NCBI GenBank assembly: GCA_016748015.1
Contig: JAAOMT010000512.1
Coordinates: 1,150,719 to 1,214,718, forward strand
DNA length: 64,000 nucleotides
Direction: 5' to 3'
Origin: Geosiphon pyriformis uo1
Taxonomy: Eukaryota > Fungi > Glomeromycota
Shown here: piece after piece, positions 23,528 through 36,412 of the stretch
Layout: the number at the start of each line of letters is the position of its first letter
How positions within the stretch are numbered: the first letter of the stretch is position 1
Made by a program: the position numbers and the translations under genes
The notes under the pieces: model-generated
Told to the model about the DNA's origin: nothing
What the model saw: only the letters and a program-made list of their open reading frames with translations
The model's database searches: none

Positions 23528-26500
23528 TTGTTCATCAAATGTGTCACTGTTAGACCGCTAACCATACTCAATTCAACGATAACTTGCGACCTGAACACAA
23601 ATGACTATCCTGTTATCAAATTTTACCGTGAACCAATGATAAGTAAAAAATTTCATTATCTTCAAATTTTTTATAGATATCGGCAAGACAATAAGAAAAG
23701 CCTTGGATTACAAGGTTCCATTAGACTATTCAACTAATTTAAGTATATAAAAAATCTTCCATAACTTTACATTTCATGGTTAAATTCGCGATCATATTAG
23801 GTATGACTTGCCGTTGAATACCTTGATGGTAATAAATCAATTCTTCAAAATTGATTATATGAAATTTTTATTTTATTTTTCTGAATTCGGAACATAGTCC
23901 AATTTTTATATTTTCGTGGGTGAGCTCTCTGGATATGTTAAACTCCAAGAGGATATACAATTCCAAGGCCTTGAAGGTTATAATCACCTCCTACTACACA
24001 CTCTTTTTCCTATTTCTAGCTCCTCTTGAATCTACACCGTCGATCATATCATTAATATTTCACCCGTTGATATATTTGGAAGCAAGAGAACCTCCTTGTT
24101 TAGCCTGTAGGTTTCTTCTGGGAAAATTCATGAAAAATATTCACGCAATTTCAAAATAAAGAATCAAAAGCTAGTATCAGTTGATAAAAACTAAGTTTTT
24201 ACTTCAATTGAATTTTGAATTAGATGACAAAATTGAGAAAAGGATTTACAGATTTGGTGATGGTTTCTCGAACTTCAAAGCCCTATCTCCCGGTACTTTT
24301 CTTCACACTGCAAAATTATCATTACCATTCAATACATACCAAATTCCATGGCAAGCATTAGATGTTGCGAATGCAATAAATGTTCAAAATGCTGCTTGTG
24401 TTATAGCTAATGTGTCTGCGGGAAACAAATACATTATCATTATTGGAGGTCAAGCAAAATCAGAAAAACATTATCTAGGGTTCCAGATCTATGATGTCAT
24501 TAGAAATGAATGGCACTCAAAAAGTAAATTGAAGCTTCTGAATCCGCCAGAAGGATTAAGAAATTTCAAAAAAAAACCACGAATAAGTTCAAAGGGGGAT
24601 GGAACTTTGGTTATATGGAATGATCAAGATTCCAATGCAAATAAGAATGTTCTAGCTTGGATGTTAAAAGCAAATGACAAAGATAGATGGGTTTGGAAAA
24701 ATATTTCTCAAACTGACGTGTTACTGGTATTTTATTTATAAATTATTTATGAATTTGTCTCAATATTTATCCTCATTTTTCGATTAATTGATTCTTTTTA
24801 ATTAATTGTGGTATGTAAAAAGGATTTCGTAGACTTTGAAAAAGTTGATTCTTCAACAAACCTTCTGCTCCTCACCCAAACCTCATCACATGTTAAACGT
24901 GAGAATGCAAAAGACTCCACTTCAAATAAGAATTCAACGAGTACCGGGCCTTCAAGTGAATCAGATAGCCAGACAATCAATGACCAAAAGAAACCTTTTA
25001 TAATCATCGCAGCTGTTCTGGTTTCCCTTTTTTGTGTGGAACTTGGGATCGGAGGGTTAATATACTGGCGACTTCAACAACGAAAAAAGAAATCTTCATC
25101 AACTACCCTTAAACGAAAAAAATCAGATAAGAGTAAAAATTCTCTAAAGGTTACCACTTGGAATTCAAGTAGCCCTACAATTGATTATGCCGATTTGAGC
25201 CAAGAAATTAATTCGATAGATGGTGGATCAAGGTTTGAAGCTTTAATTCGAAAAAAGAAGGTGAAATTTCTGGAGACAAATGAACTAGAAAGTTGGGAAA
25301 AAATTGGTCAGGGAGGAAATGGAGTTGTAATATCGGCGTATTATGTTACCAAATCGATGAAAGTTGCGTTAAAATTTATACCGTCAAGTCTCAGTCATGC
25401 ACAGAATGATATCGATGATCGTAAACTATTTCACGAGGTAAATGGGGGGGGGGGGCGGGGGAGTTTTTTTGATTTCTGAAACTAGTCATTACCTCACCCA
25501 AATTTTTGAACGTTTAACAGCTTCGGACGTTGCTCAGTGTTCCGGATCACGTAAATGTCATCAAATTTTTTGGTTTAACTAAAGGCAAGAATACATCTTC
25601 CTAATTACTTTCTATGTTGCTTGCTACTCTGCTCACACCATTTATTCGACAATAAAATTAGAGCCCATCAGCAAAAAGTACATGCTCGTATTGCAATATG
25701 CCAATGGTGGTAATTTACGATCATACCTTAAAGAGTCTTATTCAGCTCTTTTGTGGCCCGACCGTATTTCGATTGCCAAGCAAGTGACTAGTGGATTAAA
25801 TCATTTGCATTCGAACTCGATTCAACATCGAGATTTGGTAAGGATTCATCTTAAAAAAATTTGTAATTTAAAATACTAAAATCTCAACTTTGAAGAATTT
25901 ATTTAGCCTTTGAGATCTCAATTTTTTGATAATATAGCATACATTAAACGTTTTAATCCACCACGGTCGAGCAATTCTCACTGACTTTGGCCTATCCAAG
26001 ATTATTGATTCAGGGAAAACAATGACTAATAACGTGTTGCAAGGTGTCATACCTTTCATCGACCCACAAAAGTTAAAAGACTCTCAACATTATAAACAAG
26101 ATTTTCATTCAGACATTTATGGGTTAGGAGTCATTCTCTGGGAAATTTCTAGTGGTCGAAAACCTTTTGAAAACCGGGAATATGATTATCTATTAATAAT
26201 GAGTATTCTCAATGGTGAAAGAGAAGAACCAGTTTCCAATACACCGTTAGATTTCATGAATGTATATTCAATGTGTTGGAATGAGGATCCATCATTAAGA
26301 CCAACTGCTGCTGAAGTACTGAGACTCCTTGAAATTCCTTTGTACGATTCTGGATCTCCTAACACGAATGGTAGGCCCTTTTTTACCGGGAGGATATTTG
26401 AGTTTTGAGATACCGATTATTGTATCGATTAACCTTTTTCATAATTTTTTAGTTGATTATTCTATTCAGGAATCATTTACTACAATAAGTTTCCCAGAGC

Positions 26501-26577
26501 CGATACACATGAAATATGATTATTCATCTACCGAAGATTCTCAACAAATAAATTTAACGATTCCTGGAAAATTTTAA
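23528..26577 (+). CDS. Receptor-like tyrosine-kinase-like (TKL) protein kinase: kelch-like ectodomain, TM, kinase; 5' end uncertain
   Basis: Ectodomain exon about 24223-24727 (IYRFGDG, IIIIGG, IYDVIRNEW). TM FIIIAAVLVSLFCVELGIGGLIYW-RLQQRKKK. Kinase IGQGGNGVV, VALK, HVNVIKFFG, QYANGGNL, HRDL|HTLNVL, DFGLS, GVIPFIDP, SDIYGLGVILWEI, CWNEDPSLRP. The first exons are not resolved. Confidence 0.88.
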
Positions 26578-27518
26578 AATCCTAGAGTAGCAATAACTGA
26601 GGCTGGAAACCATAGACCAGTTAAAACCAGTAAAGCAACTAAAAAGTATCACTTAATCGCCGAACTTGCATATTTGTGGCTTTTCAAAGCTTCACGTTTT
26701 GAAATTGAAACTTTAATCTCGAATCATTGATATACATCTTTGAAGATTCAGAAATTACATCCTATCAAATATGATTAATAGTTTAGAGCGTTACTCAAGT
26801 TTCGTAAATGAATGATATATTGTTTCATTCAATCAACTAATAAATTAAGTTTTGCTTCACTAATCAAATTTACGCTATGAGAAAGTATTCTTAGACTTTA
26901 TCAGTTTTCCAAGATAACATCTTTCGTGAAGCCTTTCAAAATTTTATGAATTAAAGGAACTTAATTCAAAAGGTGATTTCCCAAAAAAAAACATGAAATC
27001 TAAGAACTTTAAGTTTGGCTTTCGACGTAGAACTGTTTAATAAAAATTAGTGACAATTCGCAAGTTTAAAAAGTTAAGATGAAAAATTATTAAACTTAAT
27101 CTTTTATCGAGATATTTTATTTAAATTACATATGTCAATCAAAAATTTCTATTTATATCCATTTGTGTTTTAAGTTATAATGAGGCTTTATCAACCTTTC
27201 AAAGCCTTCATTCACTTATTAACCTATTTAGAAAAATAATTAACCAAATAAAAATAGCCAAATCAAAAGAATTTTTTTTTTCTGATGACTAAAGATAACA
27301 CTGCCACAGTCATTTTGAAAAACGGAAAAAGGCAAAGGTAATGGCAAATAATGGCGTGATAAATTGGGATATCAAAAACGGTTTAATGTCTCCACAGCCA
27401 AATATTGCGGCTACTTGTGGCAATTCTGGTCCTAATTGAGGTACCCTCTTTTTAAATAAATACGTTATGGAGTTCTAACTAAAAAATATTATTGTTTGTA
27501 AAAAACACGAATTCAATA

Positions 27519-29358
27519 ATGACAGTAATAACCTGCAAACTAAACCCTTTATCGATATTAATTTACTTATTTCTCTTCATCTTTATTTCTTATCCAATAT
27601 CATGTTTCGCGGCAATTCGAGAATACAATTTTACCATAACTTATGAGCCAATCCCAAATTGTGGTAACCCTGATCGACCAGTAATTCATGTGAACGGTCA
27701 ACACCCAGCACCACCAATTGAAGCAAATGTTGGTGATATTGTTCGCATTAATATGCTGAATAAGATGCCACAAGATAGTATGACATTGCATTTTCATGGG
27801 TTGAAACAACGGGGAACACAAAAATCTGATGGTCCACCGTTTATTACTCAATTACCAACGCTTCCTGGAGAAAGTTATACCTATGAATTTTTTGCATGTC
27901 CTGATGAAGCTGGAACTCATTTGTAATTATCTTTAGAATTTTGATATTTTTATTGAATGTTTTTATTTCAATCATCAAGACACATCTTTTTCTTGCATTC
28001 CAATTTTTCATAACCAGCTACCACTCACATGTAGGAATGTCAACAATAACCGGTCATGGAGCACTCATAATACGCCACAAAAACATACCTCCACAATTTT
28101 TCTACCACGAAGAACGAATCATTATGTTATCTGATTTCTGGGATCAAAATAAAACTGATGATGTGCTGGAGGAAGGACTATACGATGAACCCTTCAAATG
28201 GGTTGGAACCCCGGCTGATTTATTAATAAATGGAAAGACAAATGAGACTAATTCTTGTGGCCAAGACGTGATTAAGGTAAAACAGAATAAAATATATCGG
28301 TTAAGAATTATCGGAGCTACGACTCTTGAAAGTTTGGTCTTTAGTAAGTTGATTCAAATGTATAATAAGTTTTTATGAACTTTTTATCTCAATCCCTAAA
28401 ATCGATTCATAAAATTTCAGGAATTACTGGACACACAATGACAATTATCGAAGCTGATGGTACTTATGTAAATCCTCAGGTGGTAGACTCGTTGATAATA
28501 GCTCCAGGACAGCGATATTCAGTACTTGTAACCACAAATCAACCGCCCAATGACTATTCTATAACTGCAAATGTCTTTTACCGAAATGATAATCCAAATA
28601 GATCTGGTTTAGCTTTCCTCAGTTATGAAAACGCCATAAAAAAAGTAACCAACCAAGATCCGATTACGAATCCCTGGAATCCCGTACTAACAACTCTTAA
28701 GAATGCAAAGCCTCTTCCACCACTTCCCTTATATTCTGATCGAAAAATCATACTTCGTGGACAACAAGTATTATTATTAAAAGGAGGTCGTCAATGGAAT
28801 ATTAATGCTGTTTCATTTACAGAACCAAAAACTCCAATATTACTTGACATTTATGAAGGAAAACGACCTATTTACACTAATTACTCTCTTGTTGCGGATA
28901 ATGGTTATAATTCATCCACTTCTACATATCCATTACGATATAATGAAAAAATTGACTTAGTTTTTCAAAATACTTTTGGTCCAGAAGGACACTGCGAATA
29001 TCATCCATGGCATACGCATGGTCATTCTTTTTGGGAAATTTCGGATGGTTGGGGAGAATTTCCAGGTGGAAATTTCGATTTTTCAATAACTATGTTACGA
29101 AATAGGTTACCTTTATTGCGAGATACGACAGTGATTGCTCCTCGACCATTAAAAGGTACACCGGGTCATGGATGTGGATGGAAACTGGTACGATTTCTTG
29201 CTGATAATCCTGGAATTTGGATCGCACATTGTCACGTTATTCCTCATATGTTGATGGGGATGATGGTTGTTTTTGAAGAAGCTACGGATTATTTGAATGT
29301 TAGAACTGCTGCTTCAATTTCACCTTCCAACTTAGGACAATTTTGTTCGTATTATTGA
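27519..29358 (+). CDS. Secreted multicopper oxidase (laccase/ascorbate-oxidase-like, AA1)
   Basis: Signal peptide; all four Cu-binding motifs HFHG, YHSH, HPWHTHGH and HCHVIPHMLMGM (Met axial ligand); two introns. Confidence 0.96.
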
Positions 29359-30024
29359 GCGATATAAAGATGATTTTGAAAAACATTAAAAGGTTCTTAG
29401 AATTGGAAAAGATTAATTAAAGTTCTTTTATTATTAAAAATAAATACATTCATCCCGATCTTCTGTTTTACTTTCATCTTTGACCTATAAATTGATGTTT
29501 CAATTGCTTGAGCAATTTTGGTTTATGACTCTATGAAAATTTATTTAGAGAAAATGTCTCGATCTATCTTATCTCAATGTTTTACACAAGTATTATATGT
29601 ATATTATCTACGAGAATGGAAATCTTTCAGCATGGATGATTTTTTCCTCGATATTTTATGAATAAATAAAAACTAAATACCTATGTGTACACTTAAAGAT
29701 TTACTTGGTTAAATTCTAAGCTTACTTAGTCTAAAACTCAGTTAACCAAAAAAAAACTTGTATTTTTCTCATTTATTTGCACTGTGAATCGAAATAAATC
29801 TCTTATGAAGCGAGTTATTCTAATAATCCCTCTTAGTGCCTCTTTTTCTTACCCTTAGCTACTACCTTTTCACTTATCGAGAATAGCCAGTATTTGATTT
29901 TGCTCTATTGTGGTGGTAAATTTTCAACATATGAGAATCTAAAAAGGACAAAACAGAGTAGCAATATGAAAGTTTTACATTGTACGAAAATGCTCACAAC
30001 TCTAATACCAAAACCGACAAAATC

Positions 30025-32504
30025 TCAATCTCTTCCATCCTCCCTTTCCTCTAAGGGCAATCTCCATTCGTGAAAGCATTTCCTGCGCGCTTCATCTTGA
30101 CTCTGGAGTCGTAATTCACTAAAAGGATCATAAGTCAAAAATGTTCAGGAATCATAAAAATATCCCAATTATAAATAAAATTCATTCTCAATTCCAAAAA
30201 AAAAGATACGGTTTTTGCGCGAATGCCAATATTTTCTCCACTGCCTCCCGTTGTTTAATTGCAACCCTATTAATAGATCTGAGAGTTAATATATTTTCAT
30301 GGAACATCAAATCAAAACGTTGATAAAATACAGACATCATATTTGAACTACGCAAATATTGCATAAAATCTTGATCTTTGCTAAGTTCTTCAAAATCAAC
30401 GATTTGTGTGATATCCTGGGTAGGAATACCTTCGTTATTGCGACTCTTGAGGTCATTCAACTTGCGATTAACATCAAAGAGAAAATTGATGATGGTTGGT
30501 CTACTTTGACATAAACCGCGACATATAATATATCTGTAGTGAAATTAGAATCCCAGCTGTTAGTTGTTTTATAGATAAGGAGAATCTGAATTTAATAACA
30601 TATTGCAAAGTGACAAAACACCTTTCAGAATTTGCCGGTCTGCTGGCTAAAGGTTTGAATATTCGGATACATTGGAAATGTCGGTACAAAATCCAAACAA
30701 TCCCAGCAGTAAAGGGGCTAAAAATATCAAACAGCTTTAAAACAAAATCCCCATCTTAAGTGTTTAAGAAAAAAAGTGAGTAAGAGATGTTATATAGATA
30801 CTCTAGTCACAATAATTTTCAAAGAAATAAAATCTTAACTTTGTTTAAGTGCTAGAAACATTGTTATAACTTGGCATAAAATAAGTTGTCTCATCAGATT
30901 TTCTTGTTGATTTTCGCGTCCTCGGACATTGATCCCCTAAAGAAATAATCAAAAAGAGTTTTTCTAATATAAAAGCTCGTAGCTTTGCCTAAATAACAAT
31001 CCGATATTGGAAGAGGCTCACTCCATCAGCAGTGACTAAATCCACGCCAACTCCTTGTGTTTTATCAAGAATGATTCTACCAAACTCGCGAATATTTTCC
31101 TCTTTATATATATCACCTAATTTTCCAAATTAGGTTTCTATGTAAGGCGAAGGAAAAGGCCGAAAGAAGATAGCATCATATGACAAATTACCAGTTCCAT
31201 CAACACCGTATAGACGGTTGAAACATGAATCATCAACTCCGGTGTCAGGATGAAATTTCTTCATTTTAAAATCTTCATCTCCCTTGAGCGTAATTCCCCA
31301 GCCAAACACATTATCTCCACTAGTTTTTTTCCTCCATAATAAATACTCTTTAAATAATAAAGTTAAGTGGTAGGATACATACTGTTTCCAAGTTTGAATC
31401 TAATCATCGAGACTAACCTGAAAAGCCACCAGGCCCTCCACATAAATCGGCGAACAAGTAAGGCTACAATGAGAGCAAAATGCCTTAATATTTTACAAAT
31501 TAGTTTTTTTTTGATTTTCATGAATAGAATTGTCCCTACTCGATTCGATACCGACTGGGATTTGAGACCAGTTAATCTATTTTCAGCATCAAGAGAGGCT
31601 AGTTTTATGGCGGCACGATTCATGAAAATGGAGTTTCCAGTCTTCTCGTAAAGATTCGATTTCCCTCGTGCCGCGGTCAATTGCTCATGAGATATTTCCT
31701 CCAAGATCTCCTAAATATTATAAAGTACAAAACTGTTATTACCCCCAAGGTTTATTCCATGAATTGCTCATTTTTACGTTTACCTTTTTTTTAACTAATT
31801 CTTCCACGACAGTACCAATACAAAATTGATTATAATCAGGCTGTATGGGCTAAATATATAAACACAATTAATAGGAAAAACTATTCCTGAACAAAATTAT
31901 TGAATGAATTTAAAATTTTATACCTACCGGTCCAATGACCATTTTCAATCCTTCCAGTTCTCGAGTTTCATCAAACGGAATTTTGCAATAGAAAAAATTC
32001 GAATCTTCCCGTTCGGCTTTAACTATATTACTAGGTTCTGGATAATTGTCTGAAGTGTGAGCATTGATAAGATCGGGCTGTTGTCGTTGGGTGGAATGAT
32101 GTTCATTGGGTATTTGTCGTTGAAGTGTAGGTATATTTGGTGTGAAATTGATCCTTTGTGGCAGTGAATGATGCTGAGCACGAGAAGCCTGGATTTCGTT
32201 TCGATGATGAGATGAACCATAAGAGTTACGATGTCTTTGATAATCAGATTGGCTGTTATTGTGTCTTCGAGGAGCTGGATAATTATTATTTTGATGATGT
32301 CGAGTCCCGTCTTCTTGTGCTGTCCTGTATGGAAATTGAGGTGGACATGATTGAATTGTTGGCCTTGGAATTGGAGAAATTAATGGGGTATTGCGATAAT
32401 CTGGGTCAGATTCTATTGATTTCAAAAAAAATTTGAATCAAAACTTTCAAATGTTCATCGGATTTCAAAAAATTTTTACCTGTATAAGGTTGCAGCTCTT
32501 CCAT
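30025..32504 (-). CDS. Cap-specific mRNA (nucleoside-2'-O)-methyltransferase, CMTR1-like (FtsJ/RrmJ fold)
   Basis: Spliced FMNRAAIKLASLD, FADLCGGPGGFS|EYLLW, FGWGITLKG, YGVDGT|GDI, VDLVTADG|G, ENQQE, DFVLKLFD, KPLASRPANSER|YIIC, giving the K-D-K-E tetrad in CMTR-family context. Low-complexity His/Gln/Arg-rich N-terminus. ATG at 32504, TGA at 30027-30025. Confidence 0.88.
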
Positions 32505-34899
32505 TTTGTATTAGGACCTAATAATTGTAGATTTTTTCCTTATCAATCTACAAAGATGAGGTGGTAGCAACTACAAAAATCAATAATACCGGCTTCACGA
32601 CGAGTGAAAAAAATGTAATTAGACTTGTCCAAAGGTGAAGTTGATTATTAGGAAAATGAATCTCGGAATATAACAATGAAGAGATAGTCAGATGACTTGA
32701 TGTCATGTGGTCTCACAAAAGCTAAAACTTTTAAATCGAGAATTGTTAATTACAAATAATTTTGGATTTGTTTAATTGAGAACAAAACATGCTAAAATTC
32801 CATTCAAGGTTAAGATGTTACAAAAATTAATTTAAAACTAAATTAGAAATCTAAATAATGAGTTTAATATATAAAATAAATTAAAACTTGGCCTAAAAAA
32901 ACAAAATTTTAGCAAACTAAAAATTAAAAAATTAAGATTTTATAAAATATGAATATTTATTTTAACTAAAATTAACAATTATGTTTAAGTTTAAGGTTAA
33001 TAACCAAGATAATGATTAAATTATATGCTAAGAAAAATAATAAAAAATTCAAAATTCAAATAACTATAAAATAAAATGTCGATATTTTGGTTAATCTGTT
33101 CATTATATTTGAATGAATCAATTAAAATTAGGATATTTGTTATTTTATGATTTTAAAACAATAAGTTCACTTGATTTCTTTTATTACATATTTTATTTTA
33201 TAAAACTATTTTAGCTTTTCAATACAGTTAATTTAAAATTTTTTGCCAATGAGGAAAGCTATTGTGTAAATTATAATTCCTAATATTTATCAATATTTAT
33301 ATAATTTTTTTTATTATCGAAATTTTTAAATTTCAAAATATTTTGAATTTGAAAATACTTCTTTGAGAGTAAAATATTTATTGAACTTGGACGCCAATCC
33401 ATTATCCTTTTTTCATTTAAAATATTTTGTATTTTAATTAACATCCATTTAAAGTTTTTCTCTTCGAATTTTAGTAAAAAAAATTTCAAAGTATTTCTTT
33501 TCGGCTTTTTTTTAAAAGAAAAATGTTTTTCTTGAATTTGAAAACTCCCTAAATTTTTATGAAAACTTCGACTAACAAATTAACTATTTACTAATATTGG
33601 TTAAAAAATACTATTAGATAGTTGAGCTTTCCGTCTAAAATTTGAACAACCGGAAACTCGGCACATCATCAGAAATTTCGCGATTACAAATTTTTTGTGT
33701 CAAGAAAAATATTACATCTCTTCTTGGCTGATAAAATTGTATAAATTGATCATATGAAATTAGAAAATTCGGTTAGTGTGTGTGTAAGATGTATACTGGC
33801 AAAAAAAGAATCAATTAGTAAACTATACTGAAGAAAGAAAATGGTTAAGCTTTTTTTGATCATTTATTATTTATAGGATAAGCTAGGAAAGAATGAAAAA
33901 TTAAAGCACCATTTTACTAATAAAATAACAAGGTTGAGATTGCAATCAAGGTTAGGAATTGGGGTCGAGTCCCAGAGACTGAGATCGATTAATATAATGT
34001 GGTTTTGTGCTAGAGTTCCTTTTCACTGTAACATAAAATGGCGTAAAACAGATCTTTGATCATAGGAAGGGAGAATTTGGACTGTTTAATAAATTTTGAA
34101 TTGTTCCTTATGAAATTTTATCTATTGGAAACTGCTCATTTGCTCAATAAATGATCGTGTAGAATGCTGGGTAAAGAATGTAACAAAAAGAAATCAGCAT
34201 GACTAATTAAATGAACAAAGATTCAAAAAATAGATATTATAGAACCAAGAGAAAAAGTTACAATGTGTTTTGACAAAAAAAATCGTGTGCTTATACAACT
34301 GGCGAAACTTTATTTTAGTCAATGTCAAAACAATTGCACAAATTCTTGGGCCTTGATATTATCGTTTTACTAAAAGCTAGCTTTTTCTCTATCGAGGCTT
34401 GAAAGAATTTATTAATTATATTTCTAAATATCTTTTATTTTAAAGTATAATTAGCAAGAACTATTTTACAAAATAAATTTTCTTATGTTGTTTTATTTAA
34501 ATAACTTTTTTGTTTTTCAAGTTTAGAGCAGAATTATTAATTGTTAATCACAAAATGTGTTACCATTATTGTAATTTTCAATTCAATTATAGCAATCATA
34601 ATTTAAAGTAATACTTAAAAATTTTAATGACATTTGCCAAATCACTTTAAATAAAAATAGTTGAATTTCGAGGAGCCAGTCATTAAAATAAAACCATACC
34701 TCTGAGTTATTAGGTATAATAAAACAAAAAATGAGAAAATTAATATGAAAACATACTATACTAAGTCTATTATTGATTTCGTCAATGTCTGTTTGCCAAT
34801 ACAAAAGAATTAAAAGCCCAACTCATTATCCAAAATAAGATTTATATTTCTAAACTTGGTATAAAAAATTTAAATATAAAATATTTGATGTGTATTTCT

Positions 34900-34930
34900 T
34901 ATACTTTTAAACAATTTTACATTATTGTTG

Positions 34931-34995
<65 letters not shown>

Positions 34996-36050
34996 CTATT
35001 TTTATTATTGTTAGATACTCTTTTTAATTACTGCTTTGATTAATACAATTTAAATTATAAAAATAACTTTTTACTCTTTTTTTCTCAAGCTAGTTTTTAA
35101 AAATATTAATTTTACTATTACTATTACCACTATTACACTACTATCTTTATTATTACTACTATCTTTAAACAAAAAAAGAATTTTAAACAACAAAAACAGC
35201 TCTTTAAAGCTCTATTAAAATAAATATAAACTGGCCAAAAATATTTTTGTTATTAACAATATAATGCAAAAATAATAAATAACAAAATACAAATAAAAGC
35301 ATAAAAACCAAAAAATGCAAAAAAAAAGACAAATTCATAACAAATATTAAAAAACAGAAAATATTTTCAATTATATTTTATTAATTAAAATATATTCAAA
35401 AACAATCCTTAACATAATAAATAAAATTGACCAGATTTGCTTTAATGCTATAGTAAAAAACATTGAATTAAAAAAAAATTAAAATAGTATTATTAAAAAA
35501 ATTGGTTAAAATCTATAACTATTATTTTTTTATTAAGTTATGTTTAAACTTAGGTTTGTTAATATTATAAATAAAACAATTAATTAAGTATTGGTTATAC
35601 AAAATAAAGTTATTAAACATAATACACAATAAAGTTAAATAAAATGTACCAATATATTAATATACGTATATTTTTAATTCAAATCACAAAATTTAAGCAG
35701 ATAGTTTTATTTATAGTTTTTATTAATTTTAACTAAAAAAACAAGTAAAATTGGTTAACAAAATATTGTAAATATTGCTTATATTTGCATTTACATAAAC
35801 AATTTAATATTACAAAAAAACAAGTTAATACAATCAACTTTTAAACATTAAAAAAGGCTAAAAAACTTGATAAAACAATAATATGTATTTAATAAAAAAT
35901 TAAACACTTGCAAAATGAAATTCACAAAAAGATTATTGCTTTTTTTATGAATTTGAAATTATTATTATTTTTCTTTTTGAAATATCAAATATGATAAACC
36001 AAAAAACAAGAAAAATTACAAAAAAACAGGTCAAAAGGAATTAAAAGTTC
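34900..36050. repeat. AT-rich decayed repeat block beginning with a (TTA)n microsatellite (about 34933-35000)
   Basis: Same composition as the 3.65-8.4 kb block; no coding motif could be restored with confidence. Confidence 0.55.
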
Positions 36051-36412
36051 ATGTAATTATCCAAAATGAAGCTAATGTGTGCAAGACTTGCAATTGGTGT
36101 GAAAACATCCAAAACATCAGAGGATCTGATATATATATATAAATGCCGAAATTCTAAGCCTGTAATGGATAGAGATGACGATGGTGCTCGGGGAATTTTT
36201 CTCCGGGCATTGCTTGATGGAGCCTTGATTCTCTTTGGAGATCATTCAGGAAATAGTAGCAATGTCTATTATTGATATCTTAGAATCCATCCGGGTAATT
36301 TCGTATTAACATAAATAATAGGTATTTCTAGTCTGAAGGATCGCAAAAACAATGAGGAACTTATGCTACAATCATGACCAGAAGTCCGTAATGAGTCTAA
36401 AAGTTCGAAACA

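Noticed and set aside
33932-33982. tRNA-like fragments (GATTGCAATC stem-loop; GGGGTCGAGTCCC resembling a T-arm)
   Set aside because: No D-arm, acceptor stem or correct spacing, and no GTTC; not a supportable tRNA.
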